The position numbers and the translations under genes were made by a program. A model generated the notes under the pieces. That model was not told where the DNA came from and ran no database searches. It saw only the letters and a list, made by a program, of their open reading frames with translations. DNA of 64,000 nt from Rhynchobatus australiae (taxonomy: Eukaryota). Of this stretch, positions 62,656 to 64,000 are shown piece by piece. The stretch is from positions 11,955,615 through 12,019,614 of the forward strand of contig JAUZTB010000077.1 in NCBI GenBank assembly GCA_034780895.1, given 5' to 3'. Each line of letters opens with the position of its first letter. Position 1 is the first letter of the stretch.

Positions 62656-64000
62656 TTTAAGAGTGGCAAAATTCTCCTCGAAGGTTGCTGGACTTTCAAA
62701 GTCAACTGAAATTCAATTCAACTATCTCCCATAGGCCATCAGAGAAGAGTTGCCACCATTTTTAATGAATTATTTACCATCTAAACTGAAGGTCATTTTA
62801 TGCTGAACAGTCCATGTCAGTCACAATCCATTATATAATGCATCTCAAAGTAACAAAATGATGAGAGACTGATTAAAAAAAAGTAAACTGAGGTACAAAT
62901 AGCACATGTGACTTCAAATTATTTATTTCCCAGTCATTTACAATAAAATGCTCTGACATTAATTAAAATATTTATTAATGACAGTCATAAAGCAACAGGA
63001 CCACACCATTCANNNNNNNNNNNNNNNNNNNNNNNNNNNNNNNNNNNNNNNNNNNNNNNNNNNNNNNNNNNNNNNNNNNNNNNNNNNNNNNNNNNNNNNN
63101 NNNNNNNNNNNNNNNNNNNNNNNNNNNNNNNNNNNNNNNNNNNNNNNNNNNNNNNNNNNNNNNNNNNNNNNNNNNNNNNNNNNNNNNNNNNNNNNNNNNN
63201 NNNNNNNNNNNNNNNNNNNNNNNNNNNNNNNNNNNNNNNNNNNNNNNNNNNNNNNNNNNNNNNNNNNNNNNNNNNNNNNNNNNNNNNNNNNNNNNNNNNN
63301 NNNNNNNNNNNNNNNNNNNNNNNNNNNNNNNNNNNNNNNNNNNNNNNNNNNNNNNNNNNNNNNNNNNNNNNNNNNNNNNNNNNNNNNNNNNNNNNNNNNN
63401 NNNNNNNNNNNNNNNNNNNNNNNNNNNNNNNNNNNNNNNNNNNNNNNNNNNNNNNNNNNNNNNNNNNNNNNNNNNNNNNNNNNNNNNNNNNNNNNNNNNN
63501 NNNNNNNNNNNNNNNNNNNNNNNNNNNNNNNNNNNNNNNNNNNNCAATATCAATGAAAATTCTGACAAAATACTGTGGTGACATTATTCATATATAATCA
63601 GAAAACTGGAAAGCAGCAGGCTTTATGATGGGGCCAGGATGGGGAGGGGGGGGCAATCAAAGAAGCAATTTTAAAGATGGTCTGTAAATAGAGAGGGGGA
63701 TCAATTAGGGAAGCCACTACATTTAGCAACCAGATTATTCCAATGTCTTTGCGGCAGTTAATACTAAAGTTAGAATTTTTTTCCATGCCAACTTCAAAAC
63801 CATTTCCCAAAAAGTCAACAGCAATTTCCTTCTTTCGTAAAGACTCTAACGTAAACACATTTTGTTGTTTTCATCTTTTTAATCAAGTGGAACAGAGCTG
63901 CTATTGTGCTCAGTTAACATCTCTGATAAGAATTGGTAAATTTATGAAAAGGGTGGTTATCGACAACACAACTAATGTGTTGGAGACAAAATGGGGCACT

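Larger units (their letters stand above)
5674..64000 (-). other. GBF1: Very large GBF1 intron upstream of the 132-bp exon (over 58 kb, continues past the right edge)
   Basis: Ends in a polypyrimidine tract plus AG at 5674. The preceding GBF1 peptide (..DPLLHSF..LKEVLN..) was not found in the window, and the content is repeats and non-coding sequence. Gaps could hide a small exon. Confidence 0.75.

Noticed and set aside
10727-63584. Long ORFs in the track (for example 10734-11354, 26198-26821, 29271-29882, 51864-52358, 62975-63584)
   Set aside because: Their length comes from runs of N translated as X.

Overview
Eukaryotic, AT-rich, CpG-depleted genomic DNA from a gapped draft assembly. The repeat families (CR1/HER1-type LINEs, Rex1/Babar, RTE, Tx1, Penelope-type terminal repeats, V-SINE, SacSINE1/Deu-type SINE) point to a cartilaginous fish, probably a ray or relative (inference). 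I found only one protein-coding exon: a 132-bp minus-strand internal exon of GBF1 (5542-5673, AG/GT bounded, ELSVIEPNVFLRPFLEVIRSEDTTGPITGLALTSVNKFLSYGLI). The rest of the window is best read as GBF1 intron, with more than 58 kb upstream of that exon, filled with decayed and nested retroelements. The observations most worth checking are: (1) minimal hammerhead-ribozyme motifs in Penelope-type terminal repeats, two of them sense to the GBF1 pre-mRNA; (2) short palindromic Penelope-derived elements, two of which interrupt CR1 copies at apparently the same consensus position; (3) a perfect 21-bp-stem hairpin of pre-miRNA size; (4) a repeat-free block dense in K50-homeodomain (Pitx/Otx) sites; (5) several local templated-insertion or twin-priming scars. 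Repeat family names come from recognised motifs, not database searches, and repeat boundaries are approximate.
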